A stretch of DNA of 60,932 nucleotides, filler included. It is 8 parts of 8 records of this genome, joined end to end, with 100 filler letters (N's around TTAATTAATTAA, not from the genome) between each part and the next. Parts side by side here need not be neighbours in the genome. Positions count along the whole stretch, not along the records: positions 5,929 to 12,905 come from SRR31147125_106919; positions 13,006 to 18,275 come from SRR31147125_106925; positions 18,376 to 26,847 come from SRR31147125_107058; 5 more parts are not named here. One strand, given 5' to 3'. The translations under genes and the position numbers were made by a program. Positions within the stretch are counted from its first letter, which is position 1, and every line of letters starts with the position of its first letter. Below the pieces are notes generated by a model. That model worked only from the letters and a program-made list of their open reading frames with translations, made no database searches and was not told the DNA's origin. Positions 10,638 through 20,545 of the stretch are shown piece by piece.

Positions 10638-12812
10638 ATGAAAGCTTCGATCAAACCGAGTGTCAAAAAATCTTCGTGGAAGGTTAAGAATTTTAGCGAA
10701 GTCGTCGACGATCCTATTGCCGACTGTCTGGTAATTCTATCGAAGATCTACGGGCAGCCGATCTCCAGAACCGCGCTCAGGGCGGGCCTGCCACTTGAGA
10801 ACAACCGGTTGTCGATCAGCCTCGCCTCACGGGCGGCGGCACGGGCCGGTTTGTCATCACGGGTCCTGGCTCGATCAGTCAATCAGATGTCTACGCTGGA
10901 ACTGCCCTGCATCCTGCTGCTCACCCCCGACAAAGCCTGCGTCCTGACCGACATAGACTACCACGAACAGACCGCCACTATCCTGCTGCCCGAGACAGGC
11001 ATGGGCAAGGAGACGGTCCCGATTACGGAGATCGAAAAGAGTTACAGCGGGTACGCAATTTTCGTTCACCCGTCATTCGACCGGGTCAGGGACTCGGCCA
11101 CCGTCGACCGACCTAAACACAAGAGCTGGTTCTGGGGAAAGTTGCTCGACTCATGGCGCATCTACCGCGATGTCCTGGTCGCATCGCTCCTGATCAACAC
11201 ACTTGGACTCGCCACCCCGTTTTTCATCCTGAACGTGTACGACCGGGTCATCCCCAACAACGCATTCGAAACCCTCTGGGTCCTCGCCGTCGGCATCGGC
11301 ATCGTCTACCTCTTTTCTTTGCTGATGCAGAGCCTGCGTGGCTATTTCGTGGATCTCGCCGGTCAGAAGGCCAGCCTCAACATGTCTGCGGAACTCATCG
11401 AAAAGACGCTGGGTATGAAAATGACATCGAGACCCGAGTCGGTCGGATCCTACTCGAGCAAGATCCAGCAGTTCGACTCGATACGCGACTTCATCACGTC
11501 GTTCTCGATCACCGCAATGGTGGATATGCCGTTCGTGTTTTTGGCCCTGTTCGTCATCTGGTACCTGGCCGGGCCGATCGTGTTCGTCCACATCGTCGCA
11601 ATCTGCTTCCTGATCCTCTATTCGCTGCTGATTCACCGTCCGCTCAAAGACGCTATCGAGAACACCTACCAGGCGACGGCGAAGAAGAATGCAATCCTCG
11701 TGGAAGGGCTCAACGGTCTCGAAAATCTAAAAATGCTCGGCGCAGAGAGCAAAGTGCAGAAGGACTGGGAGGACTCGATATCGCTGATCGCTCGCTGGGG
11801 GTCGCGGTCACGCTTTTTGTCCACCTCCGTCAATCATATCGCCTCCTTCGTACAAAACGGCACCGTCGTCGCCGTTGTGATTGCTGGCGTCTACGCAATT
11901 TCCGAGGGATTTCTCACCCAGGGCGGGTTGATCGCAATTGTTATTCTGACTCGCCAGGCCATTGCACCGATGACTCAGTTCGTCGGTTTGATTGCTCGGT
12001 TTCACCGGGCCAAGACCGCATACAAAACCCTGAAAAAGGTGATGGAAGTACCGGTTGAAAGGCCCGCCGAATCGACCTTCCTGCACCGGGCCTCGATCAG
12101 AGGGGCCATCGAATTTAAGAACGTATCGTTCAGGTATCCGGAACAAAATAACTACGCGCTTAGAGATGTGTCATTCTCCATCAAGGCCGGAGAGCATGTC
12201 GGGCTGATCGGCTCGATTGGCTCAGGTAAGAGTACTCTCGGCAAGATCCTGATGGGGTTGTATGAACCGGAAATCGGAATGGTCACCGTGGACGGCACCG
12301 ATACCCGGCAGATCGACCCAAACGACCTGCGGTTTTTCATTGGGTGTGTTCCTCAGGACATCACGCTGTTTCGCGGATCGGTCAGGGACAACATCATCAT
12401 GGGACACCCGGACGTCGATGACGAGGCAATCCTGCGAGCAGCCCGGCTTTCCGGCGTCAACGAGATCGTCAAGAAGCACAGCGCCGGTTTCGACATGCCG
12501 GTTGGCGAACAAGGCAGGAGCCTGTCCGGTGGTCAGCGGCAGACCGTAGCTCTCGCCCGGGCGCTCCTGCACGACCCGCCGATACTGATACTTGACGAGC
12601 CAAGCAGTTCCATGGATGCCCGCACCGAAAAACGGTTGTGCAACCAGCTCAGCAGGATCCTCGACGGTAAGTCGCTGGTACTGATCACCCACCGGGCGTC
12701 GCTGCTGACCCTGGTGGACCGGGTCATTGTGTTGGACAACGGCGTGGTGAGAGCGGACGGCCCGAAAGACCACATACTCGAAGCGATACAAAAAGGACAA
12801 TTGAACCTGTAG
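10638..12812 (+). CDS. lapB: Type I secretion ABC transporter with a C39-like domain (LapB/LssB type)
   Basis: N-terminal C39-like domain (LRAGLPL, LPCILLL), ABC membrane domain (NVYDRVIPN), Walker A GSIGSGKST, LSGGQRQ and ILDEP. Confidence 0.93.
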   Translation: MKASIKPSVKKSSWKVKNFSEVVDDPIADCLVILSKIYGQPISRTALRAGLPLENNRLSISLASRAAARAGLSSRVLARSVNQMSTLELPCILLLTPDKACVLTDIDYHEQTATILLPETGMGKETVPITEIEKSYSGYAIFVHPSFDRVRDSATVDRPKHKSWFWGKLLDSWRIYRDVLVASLLINTLGLATPFFILNVYDRVIPNNAFETLWVLAVGIGIVYLFSLLMQSLRGYFVDLAGQKASLNMSAELIEKTLGMKMTSRPESVGSYSSKIQQFDSIRDFITSFSITAMVDMPFVFLALFVIWYLAGPIVFVHIVAICFLILYSLLIHRPLKDAIENTYQATAKKNAILVEGLNGLENLKMLGAESKVQKDWEDSISLIARWGSRSRFLSTSVNHIASFVQNGTVVAVVIAGVYAISEGFLTQGGLIAIVILTRQAIAPMTQFVGLIARFHRAKTAYKTLKKVMEVPVERPAESTFLHRASIRGAIEFKNVSFRYPEQNNYALRDVSFSIKAGEHVGLIGSIGSGKSTLGKILMGLYEPEIGMVTVDGTDTRQIDPNDLRFFIGCVPQDITLFRGSVRDNIIMGHPDVDDEAILRAARLSGVNEIVKKHSAGFDMPVGEQGRSLSGGQRQTVALARALLHDPPILILDEPSSSMDARTEKRLCNQLSRILDGKSLVLITHRASLLTLVDRVIVLDNGVVRADGPKDHILEAIQKGQLNL

Positions 12813-12830
12813 TTTGGAGACCTCGTTTCA

Positions 12831-12905
12831 GTGGCTAGGAAGGATAAGATAAAACAAAAGGACCTCGATCTGGTAACCGACATCAGGACAACCATCCTGG
12901 TCGAG
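12831..12905 (+). CDS. Start of HlyD-family T1SS membrane fusion protein (LapC-like, 3'-truncated)
   Basis: A GGAG RBS precedes a GTG reading VARKDKIKQKDLDLVTDIRTTILVE to the contig end, directly after lapB. The call rests mainly on position. Confidence 0.55.
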
Positions 12906-13005
12906 NNNNNNNNNNNNNNNNNNNNNNNNNNNNNNNNNNNNNNNNNNNNTTAATTAATTAANNNNNNNNNNNNNNNNNNNNNNNNNNNNNNNNNNNNNNN
13001 NNNNN
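12906..13005. other. Artificial contig-joining spacer
   Basis: Same 100-nt N/TTAATTAATTAA/N linker. Confidence 0.99.
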
Positions 13006-14277
13006 CTTGGTGGTGAAAAAGGGGTCAAATATCTGTTTTCTGTTTTCTTCTTTTATACCAGGTCCCTGGTCCGAAATCATCAGTTCCCATTTGTTCAGCC
13101 GGACCCTTACGTCCACACCCACCATCCCCTTATGGCCGTTGGCCTCACAGGCATTTTTTATGATATTGGAAATCCCCCGGGACAAAAGATCGAAATCCGC
13201 CTCTGCCATAAACGGTACATCTGGGATTTTCGAATCCAGGGAAATATCTCCTGAATCGTATTGAATGTCAAATCCCGTCATCACCTGTTCCACCAGATGG
13301 TTGAGGTCCGTCCTGGCAAATTTGGGTTTGGCCGGACGGGAAAAAATCAAAAAACTTTCTATCAAGTCGTTGAGCCGTACAATCTCCTCTTCCGCATAGG
13401 TGAGGGGAATGTTTTCCCTGGGGATATCAAGATCGGTTTTCAGCATCTCAAGGGAGCTTTTAATGATGGCCAAAGGATTCTTTACCTCATGGGCGATCAT
13501 CATGGAAAACTTGCCCACCTCAGCCAGGGCTTCCTGGCGGGTCATTTTTTCATAGGCCCGAACCAGGGTCTTACGGCCGGCCGCAATGGAATCGAGCATC
13601 TCATTAAAGGCGTCGGCCAGTTTGGCGATTTCAGGGGTGGTCCCCCTTTGGGCGCGGATATTCCGATTTCCCATGGAGACTTTTCTGGCAGTCTCGGCCA
13701 GGGAGGTCACCGGCGCCACCAGGGACCTGGAAATAAAATAAAAAATTACGCCGGCCACCAGTGCCAGGGCCACGGCACTGTAAATCAGGCGCCGGGTCAT
13801 TTTCAGAATAAGATTCTCAATTCCCCGGACCGAATATATGACCCGGACCATGCCGATAAATTCCCTGTCCGGGCCCCTGCCGCCACGGGAAAGCCAGGGG
13901 CTTTCAGCATCGGCATTGGTCAGGTAGACGCTTTTTTCCACAATCCTGTAGGGCCCCGGTATCTGCCGGGTTTCCTGGACCAGGACATCACCGGCCTTAT
14001 CCTGGATTTCCACCCCCTGGATATCTTCCTCATTAAGGGTGTTCCTGGCCAGGCCCTGGAGCAGTTTCTGTTCGCCGATCAATATGCCCAGTTCAGAATT
14101 CAAAGCCAGATACCGGGTCATAAAATCGATGCGCTGGCTGAACCGCTGGGTGATGAAGCTGTTGATGATATTCACCCCAAGATAGCCCAGGGTGAAGGTG
14201 GCCATGCAGATCAGAATTACGGCCGCTGACATGACCCGGGCATGAATCCCTAAATTCTGGGGTGAAAACCGGCTCAT
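13006..14277 (-). CDS. Membrane HAMP sensor histidine kinase (3'-truncated)
   Basis: Two TMs, HAMP (APVTSLAETARKV...EIAKLADAFNEM), H-box IAHEVKNPL, N-box NIIKNACEA, DQGPGI and IFDPFFTTK. The ATG at 14277 overlaps the upstream stop (ATGA). Confidence 0.9.
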
Positions 14278-15223
14278 TTTTCCACCTCCATACCGATTTT
14301 TCCGGCAATTTTGGGGTTGATCCGGGTGTTGAATACCGGAAAGGCCGGACGGCAAAGCCCTGTGGTACCGTATTCCATAATTTTCCTGCCCACCTGTTTT
14401 CCCAGGGCCTCGTAGTCGAATTCAAAGGAAATCAGGGCCCCGGACCGGGTAAAAAACGAATTATACCCGATCACCCCCATCCTGTTGTACAGTCCCTGCC
14501 GGATCACATAATGGATGATCTTTTCGGAAATAATACTCTGGTCCGGGATCATCCATACCGCATCGATATCCTTGGAGCTGTTCCGAAGTATCCCTGAAAT
14601 CTGGGTCCTGTCATTCACTGCCAGGGAAACGATCTCCACTCCCAGGGCAGCGCCTCCGGCGCTTGCCCGGTCAAAGAACCAGGCATTGTTGGCCGGATCA
14701 AATAAAAGCCCGATGCGCCGGATGGACGGAAACGCTTTCACAATTTTTTCTAATTGGACATCCACGGGGATGCGCAGGGATATGCCGCAGTCGTCAGGGC
14801 CGAGGCCTTTGAGGGTATGGGGATCCAGGACGGCGGCATAAATTTTCTGTGCCCGAAGGGGAAGGGCCCAGACCAGTTCGGCAGCTTCGGGTCCGATGGC
14901 CACCACCACATCATGGCCGCCTTCGGCCAGGGCAGTGGCTAAAAATTCTTTCTGGTCGGGATGGGGATCTAAAAAAACATCAAGGTCATGGGCCGCCTGT
15001 CCGGTTTCAAAGCAGATGCCGTCCACAACTTTAAGATAGGGCCGGATTTTCTGGGAGACCACCAGGGCAAAGGAGGCAGGATGCCCAGGGGTTTCCCCAT
15101 ACACAGATCAACAGAAAAAAAGGTAAGAAAGAGGGCCAGGCACCAGCAGAAGCCCGGGAAGGCAGCCCTCTTATACCGTCCGGCTTTCATTTTATTGGAA
15201 TATCCCAGGTTCAAGCGGCTCAT
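14274..15223 (-). CDS. ABC-type substrate-binding-like periplasmic protein (frameshift near 15095)
   Basis: VVVAIGPEAA, RRIGLLFDP, IDAVWMIPD, GALISFEFDYEALGKQ and RINPKIA. The signal-like N-terminus (FCWCLALFLTFF) is in the overlapping frame 14969..15223. No ABC permease or ATPase is adjacent. Confidence 0.8.
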
Positions 15224-15421
15224 TGACTGCTTTCTATATCAAACCCCATAAAAAATTACAAAACAATTTGATTTCAGAAAAGCCCGGGACATAGATGCTC
15301 AAGGGTGAAGAAAAGACGAAGATAAATGATGCAACTTGTTATCCAGCCAATATTCAGCTATACTATATCCATAAAACAGCGGTCACCCTTTCCGGATGGT
15401 GACAATAAATGGGAGGCAGGC

Positions 15422-16167
15422 ATGGGCCCATTAACCGATCATTCCATCATCAAGCCGGTTATTCTGGGGATCCTGTTTTTTTTCGCCTGCCTGGTTCATA
15501 TTCACGCCGATCAAGTCGAAAGAAGCACGTCTTCACCTTCTTCCGCCCTTCCGAATTTCAGTTTTCAGGCCCCGGGTAAAAATATTCTCCTTGAGGCCTT
15601 TATCCAGTCCCTGTCAGAAAATAACGAGGACAATAATTCCCGCCAGAAAACCGCCCCTGGGGATCTTTATCTGCATCCGGATGAAAATGATATCAGGAAA
15701 AACCGGCGCCCCCGGAGGCAGACGCCCCTGACCCGAAAACGTCTGAAACCCTGGCAGAGGCTGCAGGTGAACTGCTTAAAACCACAAAGACCGGCAGAAG
15801 GGTATTCCGGATGGGCAGGGAATTGGAGCGGTTCATGGGTTTCAAGTACACAAAAGGGATAAACGAGGCACCACCCTCCGGGATAGTCCGGGGCCGGAAG
15901 GGGGATGAAACCGGCGGCCACAGGCTTTCTTTTTCCGCTGAACTCCAGCCCAACGGCGCCACCATTGTCGAGGACCTGGTATTTTCCATGGAATCCGACC
16001 GCCCGGGCGCCCGGACCGCTGTCACATACGAACTTTTGGAGGACAGGCTCACCCTGGAGTTTTCAGACAAACAATTGAACCGCAAAATCGGTACGGAAAC
16101 CCGGGTCAACCTGATCCAGGATGAGTCAGGGGTTTCCGGGGCCCTGGAATTTGTATTCGGCTTTTAA
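15422..16167 (+). CDS. Exported hypothetical protein with a C-terminal beta-strand region ending in Phe (frameshift near 15700)
   Basis: GGAGG RBS and signal peptide (VILGILFFFACLVHIHA). A shift at the A5 run joins it to ORF 15811..16167, which ends GALEFVFGF. Confidence 0.6.
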
Positions 16168-16181
16168 GGGGGCCTTAAATC

Positions 16182-17026
16182 TTATCCCTTACCAAAAAGA
16201 AGTGTGATATTGACGTACCGCTCCATGGCCTTTTCCCCTGACACGGGCCGGGCGTCCGGGAATCTGTATTTTCCGGTGCTGGCCACCTTGAACATGGCTG
16301 GATCCGCCCCGTGGGACACAAGGGCGTGGACGATGTTTGCGGCCCGGGCTGCTCCCAGTTCAAAATTGGAAGGATACTGCCTGGTTTTAATGGGATCGGT
16401 ATCGGCAAACCCGTCAACAACGGCCCATGGCCTGTTTGCCTTCATAAAGGCGGAAATCTTTTTAAAAAATCCGTATACTTTGGGGGGATTTTAGCACTGC
16501 CCGAGGCAAACAATATGGGCAGCCGGGTTTTTACCTGGAAGCCGCCGTCCGGGTCTTTAACCAGCTCAAGCCATTGGGAAAGCCCTGCGGCTTCCATTTT
16601 TTCCCTCAGGTCCGCCCCACTAATGGAGGGCCCGTTGTCCGGTGCGCCACAAGGACCTTGAGGACCCGGGGCGGCCGCCTTGACCTTATCTATATAGTCG
16701 GCAATCCGCCCCCTTGTCTTCTTCAGAATGCAAATCCGGTTCCGCTTAAAAACGATGGATTCATCCAGAGAAACCGGTACGGCCTTACCCGCGTCCCTGA
16801 GCCCTGCGATCTTTATCTCAAGCCAGGCCAGATTTTCATCAAGGGATTGAATCTCATTGTCCAGCAATGTCAGGCGATTGGTATATTCATCCACCAGGGT
16901 TTTGTATTTTGCCGGGGTCACTGGGCCCACTTCAGCCGCACCGGCAACGGCAGGGCCGGTGCAAAGCCAGACCGCCAAACTCACCAGCCCCAGCAGGCAG
17001 ATACGAGGTAAATGATTGGATCTCAT
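16182..17026 (-). CDS. Exported coiled-coil plus OmpA/MotB C-terminal peptidoglycan-binding protein (frameshift near 16460)
   Basis: Signal peptide and coiled coil, then ILFASGSA..I, VDGFADTDPI, YPSNFELGAARAANIV and ERYVNI. One A joins ORFs 16442..17026 and 16182..16445. Confidence 0.85.
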
Positions 17027-17070
17027 AATGTTCTCCTTTGTTTACCGAATGGTCGGCCAGGGAATGAAAA

Positions 17071-17582
17071 TCAGTGCCCGGCCTGCCTTTCCAGGGAAGC
17101 CATATTGCTCTGGCCGGACGGGGTGCCCAGACCTTCAGGCCACCATATCATCTCATGGCGGGTAAAATTCACCCTCAGGGTCATCACGGCCTGGGCGATC
17201 CCGTAATCCCCATGGGTAATTTTCCTGATATTCACCCCCCTGAGCAAAGACTGGGTATGGGTTTTGAGAATCTCTTTGTCAACGGCACCGAACCCTGCCT
17301 TCATATAGGCTTCCACATAGACGCCCCGCAGTTTTTCAACGAACTGCCGGTACCCGTCGGCCACGGCAGCCCGTTCTGCCATGAGGCGGGCCTGGCCCTT
17401 GGTCAGGGCGGCTTCCGGCTCTACGCCCTTGCCCACCACTTCAAAGGTAACAATTCTATTAAAATCGGCATTTCCCTGGGCATCGCCGATCACCGGCCCC
17501 GGAGAACTCATGTAGCTCCGGCATCCTGCCAAAAAAAGAGCAGGACCGCCAGAACAGAATAAAATAGATACGCTTTTTTCAT
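17071..17582 (-). CDS. LPP20/FlgP-like lipoprotein (frameshift in the T7 run at 17531-17537)
   Basis: Lipobox signal MKKAYLFYSVLAVLLFF(L)AGC; core VVGKG...QARLMAERAAVADGYRQFVEKLRGVYV...LLRGVNI. Confidence 0.75.
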
Positions 17583-17639
17583 TTTACACCCCTTGATTTG
17601 ATGATTGTCAGATACCGTTATAGGCAATAAATAAAAGAC

Positions 17640-17666
17640 AGATCGGCATCCTTTACCAGACCCTTA
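17640..17666 (-). promoter_or_regulatory. Putative sigma28 (FliA) promoter
   Basis: The minus strand reads TAAG-N15-GCCGATCT, against consensus TAAA-N15-GCCGATAA, 57 nt upstream of the lipoprotein ATG. Confidence 0.55.
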
Positions 17667-17768
17667 AATCATAAAAGATGTAAATTTGAAAATAAAGCGA
17701 AATTTATCCACATGCTCCCCGGCGCAACCTGCCGCCTTGCCGGGGGGGTAGGCAAACCGTGTTCCCTC

Positions 17769-18275
17769 CTATAGGAGCCGGATTTGAATATTCACATGAC
17801 GCTGGAGATTTTTCCACTGTCTTGTTTTCCCGGCCGCGTCTAAACGGTGTTCCCCCGTGCTGATGACCCTGAATACAGACGGCTTGACACCATAGGCCGT
17901 TAACTTGCGGACCACGGCAGAGGCCCTGGCAGCCCCCAGCTCAAAATTGGAAGGAAATTGTTCCGTCCGGATGGGATCGGTATCTGCATAGCCTCTGACC
18001 GTGATGCGGACATCCTTATTCTTTAAAAAGGCGGCAAGTTTCCTGAGAAACGGGGCGTAGCCCTTGGCCACCCTGGCGCTTGCCGAAGAAAAGAGAATGG
18101 GCAGCCGGTTTTCAAGGGTGATTCCCGTTTTCCCGTCCACCATGGCAATCCAGTCGGCCAGGCCTGCAGAGGCAAGCTGCCGGGCCAGTTCCTTGACCGG
18201 TTTGTCACCTTTGGCAGTTTTTTTACCCTTGGCCGGTTTTTTACCTTTGGTGGAAACGGACTTGGCCGAAGGGGG
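17769..18275 (-). CDS. Second OmpA/MotB-domain protein (5'-truncated), paralog of 16182..17026
   Basis: AGLADWIAMV...RLPILFSSASA, VRGYADTDPIRTEQFPSNFELGAARA and QRHVNI; Lys/Pro-rich linker at the contig edge. Confidence 0.85.
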   Translation of the reverse strand, partial: PPSAKSVSTKGKKPAKGKKTAKGDKPVKELARQLASAGLADWIAMVDGKTGITLENRLPILFSSASARVAKGYAPFLRKLAAFLKNKDVRITVRGYADTDPIRTEQFPSNFELGAARASAVVRKLTAYGVKPSVFRVISTGEHRLDAAGKTRQWKNLQRHVNIQIRLL

Positions 18276-18375
18276 NNNNNNNNNNNNNNNNNNNNNNNNN
18301 NNNNNNNNNNNNNNNNNNNTTAATTAATTAANNNNNNNNNNNNNNNNNNNNNNNNNNNNNNNNNNNNNNNNNNNN
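18276..18375. other. Artificial contig-joining spacer
   Basis: Same 100-nt linker. Confidence 0.99.
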
Positions 18376-19716
18376 AATTCTATGGAGGGAACAGAGCGTC
18401 TGCTTACCTTTCTCAAGGTCCTGTACGAAACGCACTCTTCATTGGCTGACGCGATGGGAAACGAGCCTTTGGAAGGGGCGGGCCATCCATCCGTGTCGAT
18501 TGAGGAGAATCTCGGGAAACTCATCGACGAATGGATCGAAGGATTGGCCCAGGAAAGAGTTCGAAGGGGCAAGGAGTTCCCGAACGTTCTCAAGGATGTA
18601 TTCACCTGTTTGGATTCATTTTCATCCATCATAGAATCCCTTCAATCCGGGATAAAAGATCTGGTTGACGAGAACCGAATGCTCATCGAAGGCGTCTCCG
18701 GATCGGCATATGAACTCAAGACAGTCATTCAGGTTGTGAAAAATCTCATCGAAACATCGGAGAAATACGAAGCGGAAACACTCACCGGGATATTCCGCAA
18801 GTTCGAAGAGATATGGGATTACAGTAAAGCTTTGGTAGAAGACAGCGAAAACACTTTACGGCTTTTCTCCAAAGGAAGCGATGAAGAAAAGAAGCCTGGC
18901 ATACATTGCGGAGAAGAACGGGGAAATCGGAAGCCGTTTCCAGACCTTCAGCGAAACATTCGAAACACTCGAGAAAAACTCCCGGTCTCTCCTCGAGTCT
19001 TCCATCAACGGACTCAATGAAATCAGGGAAGCCTCCGGATCAATCGAAGATTTGGCAGAGAGAATTAAGGTGATTTCGATCAATGTTCGAATCGAAGCGG
19101 CCCGGGAATCCGGACGAGACAGCGGATTCAACGTTCTCGGACAGGAAATAACGAGTTTCGCGGATCAGACGACCGACTATGCCAATTCGACGATTGAACA
19201 GATAGAAGACACTATCCGGCGCATCCGGCCTTTGCGGAATGAGTTATTAAATGACCTGAAACAAGTTCGAGAAGATATGCAAACAATCCAGTCGATCATG
19301 GCGCCGTACCAGGAAATTGTCGATCGGAGTTTCGTTCATATGGACAAGATCATAACGAACCTTAATGATATCTCCAGCAATATTTCGGGTAAAATGCGCC
19401 AGACCATCGGCAACATGCAATACCACGACATTACGAATCAGGAAGCGAACCATATCATCTGTTTGCTGGATGCGGTGGAAAAGAAGTCTCGGGACAATTT
19501 CCAACACCTTTCGGAAATAAAAACACCCGAAGGTGAAATGAGACAGAAAATCCTTGAAGAAGTCGCGACATGGATTGAATCCTTGATTACCACGGGAAGC
19601 GAAAGGAGGTCCTGAACGCCTTCAAGGCGGACAAGGGCCTGGACGAGAATGATGTCGAAATCGGACAGGGTCTTTCAGATATTCGAACATTGGACGAGAA
19701 GACCATCCTATTCTAG
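18376..19716 (+). CDS. Cytoplasmic MCP-signalling-like chemotaxis protein (5'-partial; frameshifts near 18890 and 19603)
   Basis: Coiled coil, a hairpin-tip-like LAERIKVISINVRIEAAR...GFNVLGQEI, and MQYHDITNQ. A shifted frame continues EVLNAFKADK...DEKTILF to the TAG at 19716. Confidence 0.7.
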
Positions 19717-19727
19717 CGGTTGTAGTA

Positions 19728-20542
19728 ATGGTAAGTGTAGAAGCAGTCAGCGATCGCGAGTTCTTGGACTTCTCGAAAATGTTCTACCAGAGAAGCGGAA
19801 TAAACCTCGATACAGAGAAAAATACCTCGTTGTCCACCGTCTCCAGAAACTGCTCACTGAGGAAGACCAAATCGACACATTCTCCGATCTATCGCAAATT
19901 CTCAAAGAGGGAACCGATCAGAGGTTAATTACGCGATTCGTCGATGTACTCACCACGAATTACAGTTATTTCTTCCGTGATCCTATCCATTTCAGATTTC
20001 TTCAGTACTACTTCAAGTACAAAGCCAAAGAGAAGAAACGTGTCAGGATCTGGAGCGCCGCTTGTTCATCAGGAGAAGAACCATACAGCATCGCTTTGAC
20101 AATGAAGGAATACCTCCCGGATATCGCCAATGGCGATTTCAAGGTTTACGCGAGTGATATTTCCCAATCCATGTTGAAAAAGGCCGAAGACGGTTCCTAT
20201 CGGAGAGATGGACTCAACAGATATTTAAACGAATCCACAATGAGGGAATATTTCGTCGACGGGGACAATCCGAACGAATGCCGCGTATCGCCTGAACTCA
20301 AGAAACTAGTATCGTTCCAACAGGTAAATCTATTAGAGCAGTTTCCGTTCCGTGACGACTTCGACCTTGTATTCCTGCGCAACGTCTTGATTTATTTCGA
20401 TGCCGAGAAGAAAGAGAGGATTCTGGCAAACATAGCGCCTTACCTGCGTAGTAACGGCTATCTCATTCTCAGCCTCTCCGAATCCTTGCTGGGTACCAAG
20501 CATCCGTTCAAGCATGTCAAACACAGCATCTATTCGCACTAG
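19728..20542 (+). CDS. cheR: Chemotaxis methyltransferase CheR (frameshift in the A5 run 19818-19822)
   Basis: SDREF..F...FYQRSGINL..EK(K)YLVVHRL, LTTNYSYFFRD, RIWSAACSSGEEPYSIA and FDLVFLRNVLIYFD. Confidence 0.92.
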
Positions 20543-20545
20543 GGT

